Numbered from the stretch's first letter, positions 16,177 to 25,714 are shown. The stretch is 64,000 bases of DNA from an uncultured Candidatus Saccharibacteria bacterium (GCA_964514575.1 CAZETJ010000002.1:1391-65390); one strand, 5' to 3'. A program made the numbers and translations. Notes: generated from the sequence alone by a model not told the origin.

Positions 16177-17958
16177 ATGACTCAGGACCATATTCGGAAT
16201 TTTTGCATAATTGCTCATATTGACCACGGCAAGAGTACGCTGGCCGATCGTTTGCTGGAATTGACTGGTACGGTCGAGAAAAGGCAAATGCACGAACAGT
16301 TGCTCGACAAAATGGAGCTTGAACGCGAGCGTGGCATAACCATCAAGCTGGCGCCAGTACGTATGAAATATAAGGACGTTGAACTTAACTTGATAGACAC
16401 GCCAGGCCATGTGGACTTTAGTTACGAAGTTAGCCGTTCGCTTGAGGCCGTCGAGGGAGCGATTTTGGTAGTCGACGCCACGCAGGGTATCCAAGCCCAG
16501 ACGCTAGCCAATGTTTACTTAGCTCTAGCTGCTGATTTAAAAATAATCCCAGTCCTCAACAAGATTGACTTGCCAGCTGCCGACGTCGATAAGGTCAGTG
16601 CCGAAGTTGTCGGGCTACTGGGCTGTAAGCCCGAAGAAATTTTGCATGTAAGCGCTAAGACCGGACAGGGGGTAGAAGAACTGCTGGAACGGCTTGTTCG
16701 AGAGGTTCCGCCACCCAGCGGCAGCGCCGAAGACCCAACTCGGGCCCTGATCTTCGATAGCTACTATGATGATTACCGCGGAGTAATTTTGTATATCCGG
16801 CTGGTTGACGGGCAGATCAACAAAGACTCGCATATCAAAATGTTTGGCACCAAGGCCGAGGGCTTAGCGCTAGAAGTCGGCTATTTGAATCCCGACATGA
16901 AATCCTCTGGCAAGTTAACAGCGGGAGAAATCGGCTACATTGTGACCAACCTTAAGACTACTCGATCGGGCCGGGTTGGCGATACCGTGACACTAACCGA
17001 CCGGCCATCTGAGACAGCTCTGCCGGGTTATCGCGATATCACGCCGTTTGTTTATGCCGGGTTTTTCCCTGATAGCAACGAAAATTACCAACTTTTAAAG
17101 GACGCTGTCGAAAAATTATCGCTTAGCGACTCGGCGCTTCAGTTTGCGCCGGAGAACTCGCCAGTTTTAGGTTTCGGAATACGCATTGGTTTCTTGGGCT
17201 TGCTCCATATGGACATAGTCCGCGAACGCCTGGAGCGCGAGTATAACCTAGAGCTGATCATTACTAACCCCTCGACCGACTACCAAGTGACTACTACAAA
17301 CGGACAAAAGCTAGACATAAAGTCAGCGGCAGAACTGCCGGATGCTAGTGAAGTCGTAGAAATTCGCGAGCCTTGGGTTAAGGGTGAGATTGTCGCGCCC
17401 AGCGAGTATGTCGGCGTGGTATTGCAGTTGATTGTCACGGCCCGTGGCGCCCATAAACACATCGGTTACGTCGAAGGCGGCTTGGCGGTGATTGATTTTG
17501 AGGCGCCATTAGCCAACCTGCTGACAGATTTTTACGACCAGCTTAAAAGCGTTACGTCCGGCTACGGATCGTTTAACTACGAGCTGGAAGACTATAGACC
17601 CGAAGATTTGGTCAGGTTAGATTTTTATATAGCCGGCGACCGAGTTGATGCTCTGTCCGTGGTGACGCACCGTTCGGAGGCCGAGCGGTTAGGCCGTCAA
17701 ACCGTCGAGAAATTGAAAGACGTCATACCGCGCCAGAACTTCAAAGTTAGCTTGCAAGCCGGCATTGGCGGTAAGTTTATTGCCCGCGAAGATATCTCGG
17801 CCTATCGCAAAGATGTAACCTCCGGTCTTTACGGCGGCGATGTGTCCCGCAAAAAGAAGGTGCTTGCCAAGCAGAAAAAGGGTAAAGAGCGGCTGAAGCG
17901 CTTCGGCCGTGTCGATATGCCTGCCGAGGCCTTTGCTGTTATGCTAAAACGAGATTGA
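16177..17958 (+). CDS. lepA: Elongation factor 4 (LepA)
   Basis: IRNFCIIAHIDHGKSTLADR, DTPGHVDF, NKIDL and the LepA C-terminal domain. Start trimmed to the ATG at 16177. Confidence 0.95.
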   Translation: MTQDHIRNFCIIAHIDHGKSTLADRLLELTGTVEKRQMHEQLLDKMELERERGITIKLAPVRMKYKDVELNLIDTPGHVDFSYEVSRSLEAVEGAILVVDATQGIQAQTLANVYLALAADLKIIPVLNKIDLPAADVDKVSAEVVGLLGCKPEEILHVSAKTGQGVEELLERLVREVPPPSGSAEDPTRALIFDSYYDDYRGVILYIRLVDGQINKDSHIKMFGTKAEGLALEVGYLNPDMKSSGKLTAGEIGYIVTNLKTTRSGRVGDTVTLTDRPSETALPGYRDITPFVYAGFFPDSNENYQLLKDAVEKLSLSDSALQFAPENSPVLGFGIRIGFLGLLHMDIVRERLEREYNLELIITNPSTDYQVTTTNGQKLDIKSAAELPDASEVVEIREPWVKGEIVAPSEYVGVVLQLIVTARGAHKHIGYVEGGLAVIDFEAPLANLLTDFYDQLKSVTSGYGSFNYELEDYRPEDLVRLDFYIAGDRVDALSVVTHRSEAERLGRQTVEKLKDVIPRQNFKVSLQAGIGGKFIAREDISAYRKDVTSGLYGGDVSRKKKVLAKQKKGKERLKRFGRVDMPAEAFAVMLKRD

Positions 17959-17959
17959 T

Positions 17960-18652
17960 ATGGACGCAGAGACAGTTGAACTAGTTGAAAAGTATAAGCC
18001 CAACCTTGATGTGCTCCGGGCAATGGGGCGGATTGAGCTTTTGGCGACGGTCGGGCCAACGGCCTCTGGCAAGACCACGCTTATGAACCGACTAGTGGCT
18101 AGCGACCCAAACTTCGCGATGGTTATAGACGAAACTACCCGCGCCGCCCGGCAAGGCGAAACTAACGGTGTTGATTTCTTGTTTCGCAGCCGCGAGGAGG
18201 TTCTGACCGAGATGGGTGACGGAGAACTTGTTCAGGTTGCGCTCGGTCCAAACGGCGACTTTTACTGCACCAGGGCAGATAGCTATCCAGAAAAAGGAGT
18301 CGGCCTATTGGCGCTAGTTCCGGCAGCCGTGCGGGGATTTCGACGCCTGCCAATTAAAAAATTCCACACAGCTTTTATTGTTCCAGCGAGCTACGAGCTA
18401 TGGCAGTCATGGCTTAAAAAACAAGCCGAAGCCAGCGGCTGGGATGAAGCCAAACTAGCTGGACGTCTGGCGGAGGCCGAGCAATCTTATAAGTTCGCTC
18501 TAGCTGACGAGCAGATGAGATTCGTTCTAAACGACGATGTCGGTAAAGCCGCCGAGCGTTTACGGCAAGTCGGGCTAGGCCAGACGCCAGACGATGAAGC
18601 AGAGGCTCGTCAAACAGCCGAAGAAAATTACCAGAAGTTGTTAGAGAGGTAG
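17960..18652 (+). CDS. Guanylate kinase-like P-loop protein (paralog 1, intact Walker A)
   Basis: GPTASGKTT, ETTRAARQGETNGVDFLFRSREEV, VLNDDVGKAAERL. Confidence 0.7.
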   Translation: MDAETVELVEKYKPNLDVLRAMGRIELLATVGPTASGKTTLMNRLVASDPNFAMVIDETTRAARQGETNGVDFLFRSREEVLTEMGDGELVQVALGPNGDFYCTRADSYPEKGVGLLALVPAAVRGFRRLPIKKFHTAFIVPASYELWQSWLKKQAEASGWDEAKLAGRLAEAEQSYKFALADEQMRFVLNDDVGKAAERLRQVGLGQTPDDEAEARQTAEENYQKLLER

Positions 18653-18658
18653 GCGGAT

Positions 18659-19387
18659 ATGCTCGATTTCGAACTGAAAAACCACGATGAGTTCACGAAA
18701 ATTCTAGCCAATTACCATATCTCGAAGCCGGCCAAAAAGTTACTGGCCGATTTAAAACTAGTTCTCATTTTGGCGCCGACTTCAACTGGCCGCAGCGTTT
18801 TAATCCGCCAGCTGGTTAAGACCGGCCACTATTTTTACATAGTCTCTGATACTACACGGCCACCACAAGTAAGAGACGGCAAACTCGAGAAAAATGGCCA
18901 CGCCTATTTCTTCAAAACCGAAGAAGAAGTGCTTAGCGGCCTAAGAGCCGGCCAATACCTAGAAGCCGAGATAGTGCACGACCAGCAAGTTTCAGGTATC
19001 AGTATAAGGGAGCTCGAAGCGGCCAAGCGGGCTCGAAAAATTGCGATAACAGAGGTGGAACATGGCGGGGTTGATCATATAAAGGCCATAAAACCCGATA
19101 CTGTCGCGATTCTACTATTGCCGCCAAGTTTCGAAGAATGGCAGTCGCGCATAGCTGGCCGTGGCGGACTTGGACCAGACGAAATTAACCGCAGACTGCT
19201 AGGCGCTGCCAAAATTCTGCAGGCAGGCCTCGAACATGATTATTTTGAATTTGTAATCGCCGGCGACGTCAGCCGCACTACTAAAATAATTGACAATCTA
19301 GCAGCTGGACAATCCAACCCAGAACAGGCACATGGGCGCCAACTCGCTCACAATCTCCTGAAAGAACTCGCAGAAGTTATCCACTAA
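18659..19387 (+). CDS. Guanylate kinase-like protein (paralog 2, degenerate Walker A)
   Basis: APTSTGRS in place of GxxGxGKS/T. Also SDTTRPPQVRDGKLEKNGHAYFFKTEEEV. Confidence 0.65.
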   Translation: MLDFELKNHDEFTKILANYHISKPAKKLLADLKLVLILAPTSTGRSVLIRQLVKTGHYFYIVSDTTRPPQVRDGKLEKNGHAYFFKTEEEVLSGLRAGQYLEAEIVHDQQVSGISIRELEAAKRARKIAITEVEHGGVDHIKAIKPDTVAILLLPPSFEEWQSRIAGRGGLGPDEINRRLLGAAKILQAGLEHDYFEFVIAGDVSRTTKIIDNLAAGQSNPEQAHGRQLAHNLLKELAEVIH

Positions 19388-19430
19388 TATGCCGCTTGTT
19401 CGGCAAGACGCTTACGACTATTGTTAATCT

Positions 19431-19898
19431 ATGGAAGCTGCTTTGCAGCCTCAGGTCGTCTTGCAAGCGTCTGAGGCATCAGACATCCAGCAGTTGGCCG
19501 ACGAGGCCGAGCATTTGCTCAACCTCTTTTATGACCAAGATTATTTGGGACGCACGCTATCTTCTGAAGATGGCGAATTCATGGCTCGCCGATTCGGGGA
19601 GAATGTAGTAGCCATCCGTCTTCGGCGGCTTGGCGGAAGTGTAACAATACTGGCTCAATTCGAGGAAGAAGAGTTTTATAAAGGCCGCCGGCTGACCAAA
19701 GCAGGCGATACTATTACGCAGCGACATGATTTTGATCTAAGTTCAGTTAGTCCAACCATCCTAGCAGAATTAAAAGATGCACGCTCCGCTCAACCACCTG
19801 TGCCACGTAGCGGACATCAATTCACTGTTCATGGTATGCGGGTTTCGCGCCCCAAAAGGGGTCCAGTGGCGCCATTCAGACACAATTGGCACTCTTGA
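19431..19898 (+). CDS. Hypothetical protein, 155 aa
   Basis: Clean ORF directly upstream of hrcA. No motif recognised. Confidence 0.5.
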   Translation: MEAALQPQVVLQASEASDIQQLADEAEHLLNLFYDQDYLGRTLSSEDGEFMARRFGENVVAIRLRRLGGSVTILAQFEEEEFYKGRRLTKAGDTITQRHDFDLSSVSPTILAELKDARSAQPPVPRSGHQFTVHGMRVSRPKRGPVAPFRHNWHS

Positions 19899-19922
19899 CT
19901 AAATGCTGCTAACTTCGATAAA

Positions 19923-19949
19923 CTAGCACTCAGAACAAGAGAGTGCTAA
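19923..19949. promoter_or_regulatory. CIRCE operator (CTAGCACTC-N9-GAGTGCTAA)
   Basis: One mismatch to the consensus TTAGCACTC-N9-GAGTGCTAA. Abuts the hrcA ATG. Confidence 0.85.
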
Positions 19950-20654
19950 ATGACTAAACGACAAGCCAAGATTCTACAAGCTATCGTCGAAGAATACGCC
20001 GAGGTGGCCAGCCCTGTCGGCTCTAATCTGTTGGCCAGGGTATTCGGTGTATCTAGCGCCACCGTTCGCGCCGAAATGGCTGAGCTGGAGCGCGAAGGAT
20101 ACATTATGCAACCTCATACTAGTGCTGGTCGCGTTCCAACAGACAGGGGCTATCGTTTTTATGTTAATGAATTAGCCCAGGAGACCGTGGCTGAACTGCC
20201 CAAAGGCCAGCGTGTAGAACGGGCTTTGTCCGCTCGAGTACACAGCGCCGGCCTGCCGGAGCAAACTATCCGTAGTGCCGTCGATACCCTGGTCGAGCTG
20301 ACCCATAACTTAGGTCTGGCCACTATCGGCCCCCAACTTTATATGAGCGGCCTATCCAATCTATTCGGCCAGCCGGAATTTATGCATCCTGGTCACGTTC
20401 AAGAAGTTGCTAGACTGTTGGATAATCTAGAGCCTTGGCTTTACGAAGCTGCGCCCAACGAGCCACTAAGCGTATTTATTGGCCGCGAGAACCCCATCGG
20501 CCGCAGCGCCGGCGCCAGTTTGATTATCAGCCGTTTCCGCAGTCCGTTCTCTGACCGTAGTTATATCGGCGTACTTGGGCCGACCCGCCAGAGTTATCGC
20601 GAAGTCATGAATTTGGTTAGCCGGGCCGGCCAAACTCTGGAGGCCAGTTTCTAA
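19950..20654 (+). CDS. hrcA: Heat-inducible repressor HrcA (short form, 234 aa)
   Basis: N-terminal winged helix ILQAIVEEY...PVGSNLLA...SSATVRAEMAELEREGYI.QPHTSAGRVPTDRGYRFYV. Confidence 0.9.
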   Translation: MTKRQAKILQAIVEEYAEVASPVGSNLLARVFGVSSATVRAEMAELEREGYIMQPHTSAGRVPTDRGYRFYVNELAQETVAELPKGQRVERALSARVHSAGLPEQTIRSAVDTLVELTHNLGLATIGPQLYMSGLSNLFGQPEFMHPGHVQEVARLLDNLEPWLYEAAPNEPLSVFIGRENPIGRSAGASLIISRFRSPFSDRSYIGVLGPTRQSYREVMNLVSRAGQTLEASF

Positions 20655-20714
20655 TGTTTTTCTATTGGCTACATGACTTATGGAAGTTAATAACCGGTAA
20701 ACTAAAAGGGACAG

Positions 20715-21188
20715 ATGATGAGTAAAAAACCAACCATAGCTGAATTAGAGCAAAAGATCAGCGAGCTGACCGAAGCCTTGCAGCGTGAACGGGCTGACGC
20801 CATCAACTTGCGCCGCCGCACTGAGGAAGAACGGTCGCAAATGGCTGATTTTTATAAAGCTATGGTCGTGCGAGAACTTCTGCCGGCATTGGATAATCTA
20901 GACCGTGCGCTTCAGCACATTCCAAAAGAACATGCCGACCACGACTATGTCAAAGGTATCCAAGGCGTGGCTAAACAATTCGAGCAGTGCCTGGCTCAGC
21001 TTGGGGCGGAACGGATTAAGACTGTTGGTGAAATCTTCGACCCTAAACTGCACGAGGCAGTTCATATGGAAGACGGCGCCGGCCATGTTGAAGTCGTTTG
21101 CGAGGAGCTTCAACCTGGCTACAAAATCGGTGATGAGGTTATAAGACACGCTATGGTTAAAGTAAGAATGGAGAAAAATAATGTTTAG
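20715..21188 (+). CDS. grpE: Nucleotide exchange factor GrpE
   Basis: RERADAINLRRRTEEE...LLPALDNLDRAL...FDPKLHEAV. Confidence 0.92.
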   Translation: MMSKKPTIAELEQKISELTEALQRERADAINLRRRTEEERSQMADFYKAMVVRELLPALDNLDRALQHIPKEHADHDYVKGIQGVAKQFEQCLAQLGAERIKTVGEIFDPKLHEAVHMEDGAGHVEVVCEELQPGYKIGDEVIRHAMVKVRMEKNNV

Positions 21189-21693
21189 GAAAAAAACTTT
21201 CTACCCTCCGAAAATAGCCGAGACAATACTAGGTCTATCTGGAAAAGATGTAATGTGGATGTTTCAGAATTTGCGACCTGGTATGGATATTGAAAATATG
21301 CCAACTGGCGAAACCGGTATTTTTGACGCCTGGTCTGAATACATGAAAGCTCTGTTTGGCATCCATCTATCTTATGTCGACCCGGGATTAAGGAAAGGTT
21401 TTGAACATCTTTTGCAAGATGCCACTGTCGTCAGACTGAAGAGCTCTGAGAACGTTGATGACCTAGAAAAATTAGTTTCCAACAAACAATGGTTTGAAGG
21501 AGCGGCAGAATACAGTCGCTTGTCCGATGGTGAAATTGTAAAAAAGCTTTTAAAAGAGCTTATAAAAGCTTTTCCGTGGGAACTATCATCCAATGAAGAA
21601 AGTGTTCTGGAGAACTACCTGACCAGACACTTGCCCCAAATACACGATGAGCTAAAGAAACATAAGTTTAGTATCCGTATAGAAGATAACTAA
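21181..21693 (+). CDS. Hypothetical protein, 170 aa, inserted between grpE and dnaK
   Basis: The start overlaps the grpE stop by 8 nt. No motif recognised. Confidence 0.55.
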   Translation: MFRKKTFYPPKIAETILGLSGKDVMWMFQNLRPGMDIENMPTGETGIFDAWSEYMKALFGIHLSYVDPGLRKGFEHLLQDATVVRLKSSENVDDLEKLVSNKQWFEGAAEYSRLSDGEIVKKLLKELIKAFPWELSSNEESVLENYLTRHLPQIHDELKKHKFSIRIEDN

Positions 21694-21704
21694 GGAGGTA
21701 TAAA

Positions 21705-23618
21705 ATGGCAAAGATTATCGGAATCGATTTAGGAACAACTAACAGTGCGATGGCAGTGATGCAGTCTGGCAAGCCGGAGATTATCGCCAACAGCGAAGGC
21801 AATCGCACTACGCCAAGCGTAGTAGCGATTAATAAAAACGGCGAACGGCTGGTCGGCCAAGTGGCTAACCGCCAACGGGTCACTAACCCAACTAACACTA
21901 TTTTTGGTATCAAGCGTTTAATTGGCCGCAAATTCGAGGATAAAGAAATCCAGCGCGACATGGAGTTAATGCCCTATAAGATTGTTAAGGCCGGTACCGG
22001 CGTTAAGGTCGAGATGGCTGGCAAAGAATATAGCCCCGAAGAAGTTAGCGGCATGATTTTATCCAAGCTTAAGGCTGACGCCGAGACTTTTCTGGGCGAG
22101 CCGGTCACCGAAGCCGTCATTACCGTGCCGGCTTATTTTGACGACTCGCAGCGCCAAGCGACTAAAGACGCCGGTAAAATTGCCGGACTGGAAGTCAAGC
22201 GCATCATTAACGAACCAACGGCGGCCGCTTTGGCCTATGGCCTGGACAAAGGCAAAGAAGAAAAAATTGCCGTCTTCGACCTAGGTGGCGGTACGTTCGA
22301 CGTATCGATCATGCAGCTAGGCGAGGGCGTTTTCGAAGTCCTTTCTACCAACGGCGACACGCACCTCGGTGGCGAAGATTTCGACATGCGCATCGTTAAC
22401 CATTTTGTGGAGCAGTTCAAGAAAGAATCTGGCATTGATGTTAAGGACGACAAGGCCGCGATGCAGCGTCTTAAAGAAGAGGCCGAGAAGGCCAAGAAAG
22501 AACTGTCCACGACCGAAGTGGCCGACATCAACCTGCCATTCCTGACAGCCGACTCCGAGGGTCCAAAGCACTTTGAGTACAAACTGACCCGCGCCAAACT
22601 TATCGAGCTGGTGCAAGAGCTCATCGACAAAGTCGAGGATCCGTGCCAAAAAGCACTCAAAGACGCCAAACTTACCAATAGCGACATCAATGAAGTCATT
22701 TTGGTCGGCGGCATGACTCGCATGCCGGCCGTGGTCGAAAAAGTTAAGCAAATTTTTGGCAAAGATCCATTGCAAGGTGTTAATCCTGACGAAGTTGTGG
22801 CCGTCGGTGCCGCTATCCAGGCCGGCGTTCTACAAGGCGACGTTAAAGATGTTCTGCTCCTGGATGTTACACCGCTGTCTCTTGGTATCGAGACTTTGGG
22901 TGGTGTATCTACCAAATTGATTGAGCGTAACACTACTATTCCAACCAGCAAGAACGAAACGTTTTCTACAGCTGCCGATAACCAAAACAGCGTGGAGATC
23001 CACGTTTTGCAGGGCGAGCGCGGGATGGCTGGCGATAACAAGTCGCTGGGCCGTTTTGTGCTAGATGGTATCCCGCCAGCGCCGCGCGGTACGCCCCAGA
23101 TCGAAGTGACCTTTAATATCGATGCTAACGGTATTTTGAACGTCTCGGCTAAGGACAAAGGTACCGGCAAGGAACAAAGCATCACGATTCAAAACAGCGG
23201 CAATCTGGACAAAGCTGAAGTCGAAAAAGCTGCTAAAGAGGCCGAAGCCCATGCCGAAGAAGATAAGAAAAAGCGCGAGGCTATAGAGGTTAAAAACCAG
23301 TTGGACAACTCCGTCTACCAGGCCGAAAAAATGAAGACTGACTACAAAGACAAGCTATCCGAAGAAGACCTCAAGACTTTGCAGAGCGCGATTGACGAAG
23401 CAAAAACTCACCTAGAGGCCACAGACAAAGATGAGCTAGAAAAAGCCGCCAAAGATTTGACAGACGCTATCATGCCCATTGGCGCCAAAATGTACGAGTC
23501 GGCCCAAGCCGAAGAAAAACCAGCCGAAGACTCCGAAAAATCTGACGACAAGAAATCGGATAAGAAAAAATCCGACAAAGACGAACCAGTCGAGGGCGAG
23601 GTGGTAGATGAGAAATAA
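21705..23618 (+). CDS. dnaK: Chaperone DnaK (Hsp70)
   Basis: [38 protein letters not shown] and an EEVD-like acidic tail. Confidence 0.98.
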   Translation: MAKIIGIDLGTTNSAMAVMQSGKPEIIANSEGNRTTPSVVAINKNGERLVGQVANRQRVTNPTNTIFGIKRLIGRKFEDKEIQRDMELMPYKIVKAGTGVKVEMAGKEYSPEEVSGMILSKLKADAETFLGEPVTEAVITVPAYFDDSQRQATKDAGKIAGLEVKRIINEPTAAALAYGLDKGKEEKIAVFDLGGGTFDVSIMQLGEGVFEVLSTNGDTHLGGEDFDMRIVNHFVEQFKKESGIDVKDDKAAMQRLKEEAEKAKKELSTTEVADINLPFLTADSEGPKHFEYKLTRAKLIELVQELIDKVEDPCQKALKDAKLTNSDINEVILVGGMTRMPAVVEKVKQIFGKDPLQGVNPDEVVAVGAAIQAGVLQGDVKDVLLLDVTPLSLGIETLGGVSTKLIERNTTIPTSKNETFSTAADNQNSVEIHVLQGERGMAGDNKSLGRFVLDGIPPAPRGTPQIEVTFNIDANGILNVSAKDKGTGKEQSITIQNSGNLDKAEVEKAAKEAEAHAEEDKKKREAIEVKNQLDNSVYQAEKMKTDYKDKLSEEDLKTLQSAIDEAKTHLEATDKDELEKAAKDLTDAIMPIGAKMYESAQAEEKPAEDSEKSDDKKSDKKKSDKDEPVEGEVVDEK

Positions 23619-23790
23619 ATATTTCTCTGCCGAAGGATTACTGTGGTTGGTGGTGTTTGTTGGCGCCGTTACGATCACCAACTGGTTAGCGCCCCACAAC
23701 TTTTGGCTGGGTCTTGTTGTGGCCACCATTGTAGGCGCGGTTGTATGGTTACTTTGGAAAAAAGTCGTCGACGATAAGAAAGGGGAGTGA
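23608..23790 (+). CDS. 2-TM membrane protein, 60 aa
   Basis: The ATG overlaps the last dnaK codons. Sequence [16 protein letters not shown] ... [17 protein letters not shown]. Confidence 0.5.
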   Translation: MRNKYFSAEGLLWLVVFVGAVTITNWLAPHNFWLGLVVATIVGAVVWLLWKKVVDDKKGE

Positions 23791-24467
23791 GCATGCTTGA
23801 GCTAGTACCCGATGATCCAGAGAAGCTTACCGAAGATAAAGTAATCGAAGCCCTTCATGAGATAGACGAGATCCTTGATTACGAAGAAAGCCACACACAA
23901 CCCGGCAGGATAGGATTTCATCCTAACGATCCTTGTTTTGAGGAGCCATTGCTTAAAGGCGATAGTCCATTACTGAGATTCTTGAGTACTACAAAGTACG
24001 ATGTTTTGATCCGAAAGCGTGAAGGAAAGATTGGCCGAGCCAAGGCGCAACCGTACAGAGAAAGCCACGAAGAAATACAGGCAGAATTTCCTCGTATTTC
24101 CGTAAAGGACCTGGAGTACACTCAGCTAAGAGAGCGAAGAGGCGCAAGTTTATCCGGTAACAAGTTCAGAAAATCGATAGTTACTCTTTCCTTGGGCCAG
24201 CAACTCGAAATGGAAGATCTATCCGGTGGAGAATACGGAATCGTGTTTAATATCATTGATGCTAAAAACACTGAAGGGCGGAGACTGACCATATCCGCTT
24301 TTCCATACGCCGGCGGGAGGAGAGAATTGCCTAGGGATGAAATTAATAAGTTTGACCCCGCTCACTTATTGACCAGACATAACCATGAAACCGCTGAGCT
24401 TTTGATTCAGGGCATCAAAGCTGCCAAAGAAAATGAGGATCGGAGAATAGGGCGGAGAAGTCGTTAG
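23787..24467 (+). CDS. Hypothetical protein, 226 aa
   Basis: GTGA overlap with the preceding ORF. Soluble and charged. No motif recognised. Confidence 0.55.
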   Translation: MSMLELVPDDPEKLTEDKVIEALHEIDEILDYEESHTQPGRIGFHPNDPCFEEPLLKGDSPLLRFLSTTKYDVLIRKREGKIGRAKAQPYRESHEEIQAEFPRISVKDLEYTQLRERRGASLSGNKFRKSIVTLSLGQQLEMEDLSGGEYGIVFNIIDAKNTEGRRLTISAFPYAGGRRELPRDEINKFDPAHLLTRHNHETAELLIQGIKAAKENEDRRIGRRSR

Positions 24468-24616
24468 TGAAACCAACCAACTTCCTGCGCTACGTGCTTT
24501 TACCCGCAGTGGCCGTAGCCGCAGGAGTTAAGCTTGGCATAAAGTATGCTCAAGACCATTATGTCTCTAAAGATCGCAGGTTCATTGATGCCGAAATCGC
24601 GAAAGGCAAAAAATAA
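24467..24616 (+). CDS. Small membrane protein, 49 aa (VKPTNFLRYVLLPAVAVAAGVKLGIKYAQDHYVSKDRRFIDAEIAKGKK)
   Basis: The GTG overlaps the upstream TAG (TAGTG) and its TAA overlaps the next ATG (TAATG). Not in the supplied track. Confidence 0.45.
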   Translation: MKPTNFLRYVLLPAVAVAAGVKLGIKYAQDHYVSKDRRFIDAEIAKGKK

Positions 24617-24990
24617 TGCTTAGCCCAGAAGGGTATCAGTCGCCAGACGAACTTATAGAACCTCATCCATTGGACGAGATCGGAATGGATATTAACGTCC
24701 TGCTTGAGCAAGGGGGCTATATAAATCCAACGATGACAGGGTTCTCAACCACTCGGAACATTCAGCACGGAGATGTGTCTTTTTTTCTCTGTCGGATCGA
24801 TAGCCCCGAAAGCCGGAAGTTTACGGTCGGAATAGACCTAGTCCATGACGATGAGCTGGTGGCAGTTTGTAGCTATCAATGGGATATTTATGATCCGGCC
24901 AGTAGCAGTTTGAACGAGCGAGATTTTAAAAAACTTAGGACAGTTTTGAACGTTGCCGGCATGATCGTGAGGAACGATGCCGAAGCGTGA
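24616..24990 (+). CDS. Hypothetical protein, 124 aa
   Basis: Translationally coupled to the upstream ORF. No motif recognised. Confidence 0.55.
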   Translation: MLSPEGYQSPDELIEPHPLDEIGMDINVLLEQGGYINPTMTGFSTTRNIQHGDVSFFLCRIDSPESRKFTVGIDLVHDDELVAVCSYQWDIYDPASSSLNERDFKKLRTVLNVAGMIVRNDAEA

Positions 24991-25060
24991 TTATTACGAA
25001 GTTTTAGGTGTTGGTAAAAGAGCCAGCGTCGGCGAGGCACAGGAAGTAGTATTTATATGA
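24977..25060 (+). pseudogene. Fragment of a diverged dnaJ 5' end ([27 protein letters not shown])
   Basis: Matches codons 1-25 of the resident dnaJ ([24 protein letters not shown]). Lacks the HPD motif. Ends in an ATGA overlap with the next ORF. Confidence 0.8.
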
Positions 25061-25602
25061 TTAACAGGTATGAATTTTTAACATTCAGGATCGATAACGC
25101 GTTAGCTGAGAAAAAAGCTAGACCCCACTCTGTGGCGGTAGACGGCCTTGGTAAAATTGCGGTGAGCGAGGTCAATCTAGGCGAGGTAACAATAGGGAAG
25201 TTTGCGACCTCTCGGCGGCAACTTGTAAGACATAATGTCATGGCTCGTTTTATCGAATCAGCGTTTGACCCAGGAGACGTAGCCAGACAATTATGGCTTC
25301 CATATGAACCGGATCCATCTAAACGAAAAAGAGCTATTATTGCAACATCGGCTGAATCCGCCCGGAGATTCAACATATGGCAAGACGTGGCTTCCCTTGC
25401 AGATAATCTCAACGATTACGACCCATATGATGAACAGACTAATGCGCTTTATGAAGAAGCTAAACTATTGCTACATCTGGCCGATGCCAGGGACGAGAGC
25501 TTCGGCTTTGAAGTTTCAGGAGTGGATACCTTTGATAAATTATTAACCTTGGCCGCTAACTTACAATCCGTAGATACCGGGTCGGAGGACAATCTTGGCT
25601 AA
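25057..25602 (+). CDS. Hypothetical protein, 181 aa
   Basis: Clean ORF, acidic C-terminus. No motif recognised. Confidence 0.55.
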   Translation: MINRYEFLTFRIDNALAEKKARPHSVAVDGLGKIAVSEVNLGEVTIGKFATSRRQLVRHNVMARFIESAFDPGDVARQLWLPYEPDPSKRKRAIIATSAESARRFNIWQDVASLADNLNDYDPYDEQTNALYEEAKLLLHLADARDESFGFEVSGVDTFDKLLTLAANLQSVDTGSEDNLG

Positions 25603-25714
25603 ACGTGATTATTACCCCAGCACCAAAAACTTGATGCTCCATAATCTGATTACAGACTATTCTGCTCAGGTTTTGGTACGGGGCAGGCGAAGTTTCGGAG
25701 GCTATCGTGGCTAA
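25595..25714 (+). pseudogene. Second dnaJ 5' fragment (LAKRDYY then unrelated sequence), ending over the true dnaJ start
   Basis: TTGGCTAAACGTGATTATTAC repeats the real start GTGGCTAAAAGGGATTACTAC. Confidence 0.65.

Noticed and set aside
19887-19913. Second CIRCE-like sequence TTGGCACTC-N9-TGCTGCTAA upstream of the real CIRCE
   Set aside because: Only 5 of 9 positions are self-complementary, and it overlaps the end of the 155-aa ORF. It is probably chance or a decayed copy.
22235-23185. 316-aa ORF (plus 152- and 63-aa ORFs) antisense to dnaK
   Set aside because: It lies entirely inside a highly conserved gene on the opposite strand. It is Ser/Leu/Pro-rich and low in complexity. Long antisense frames in hsp70 genes are a known codon-bias artefact.
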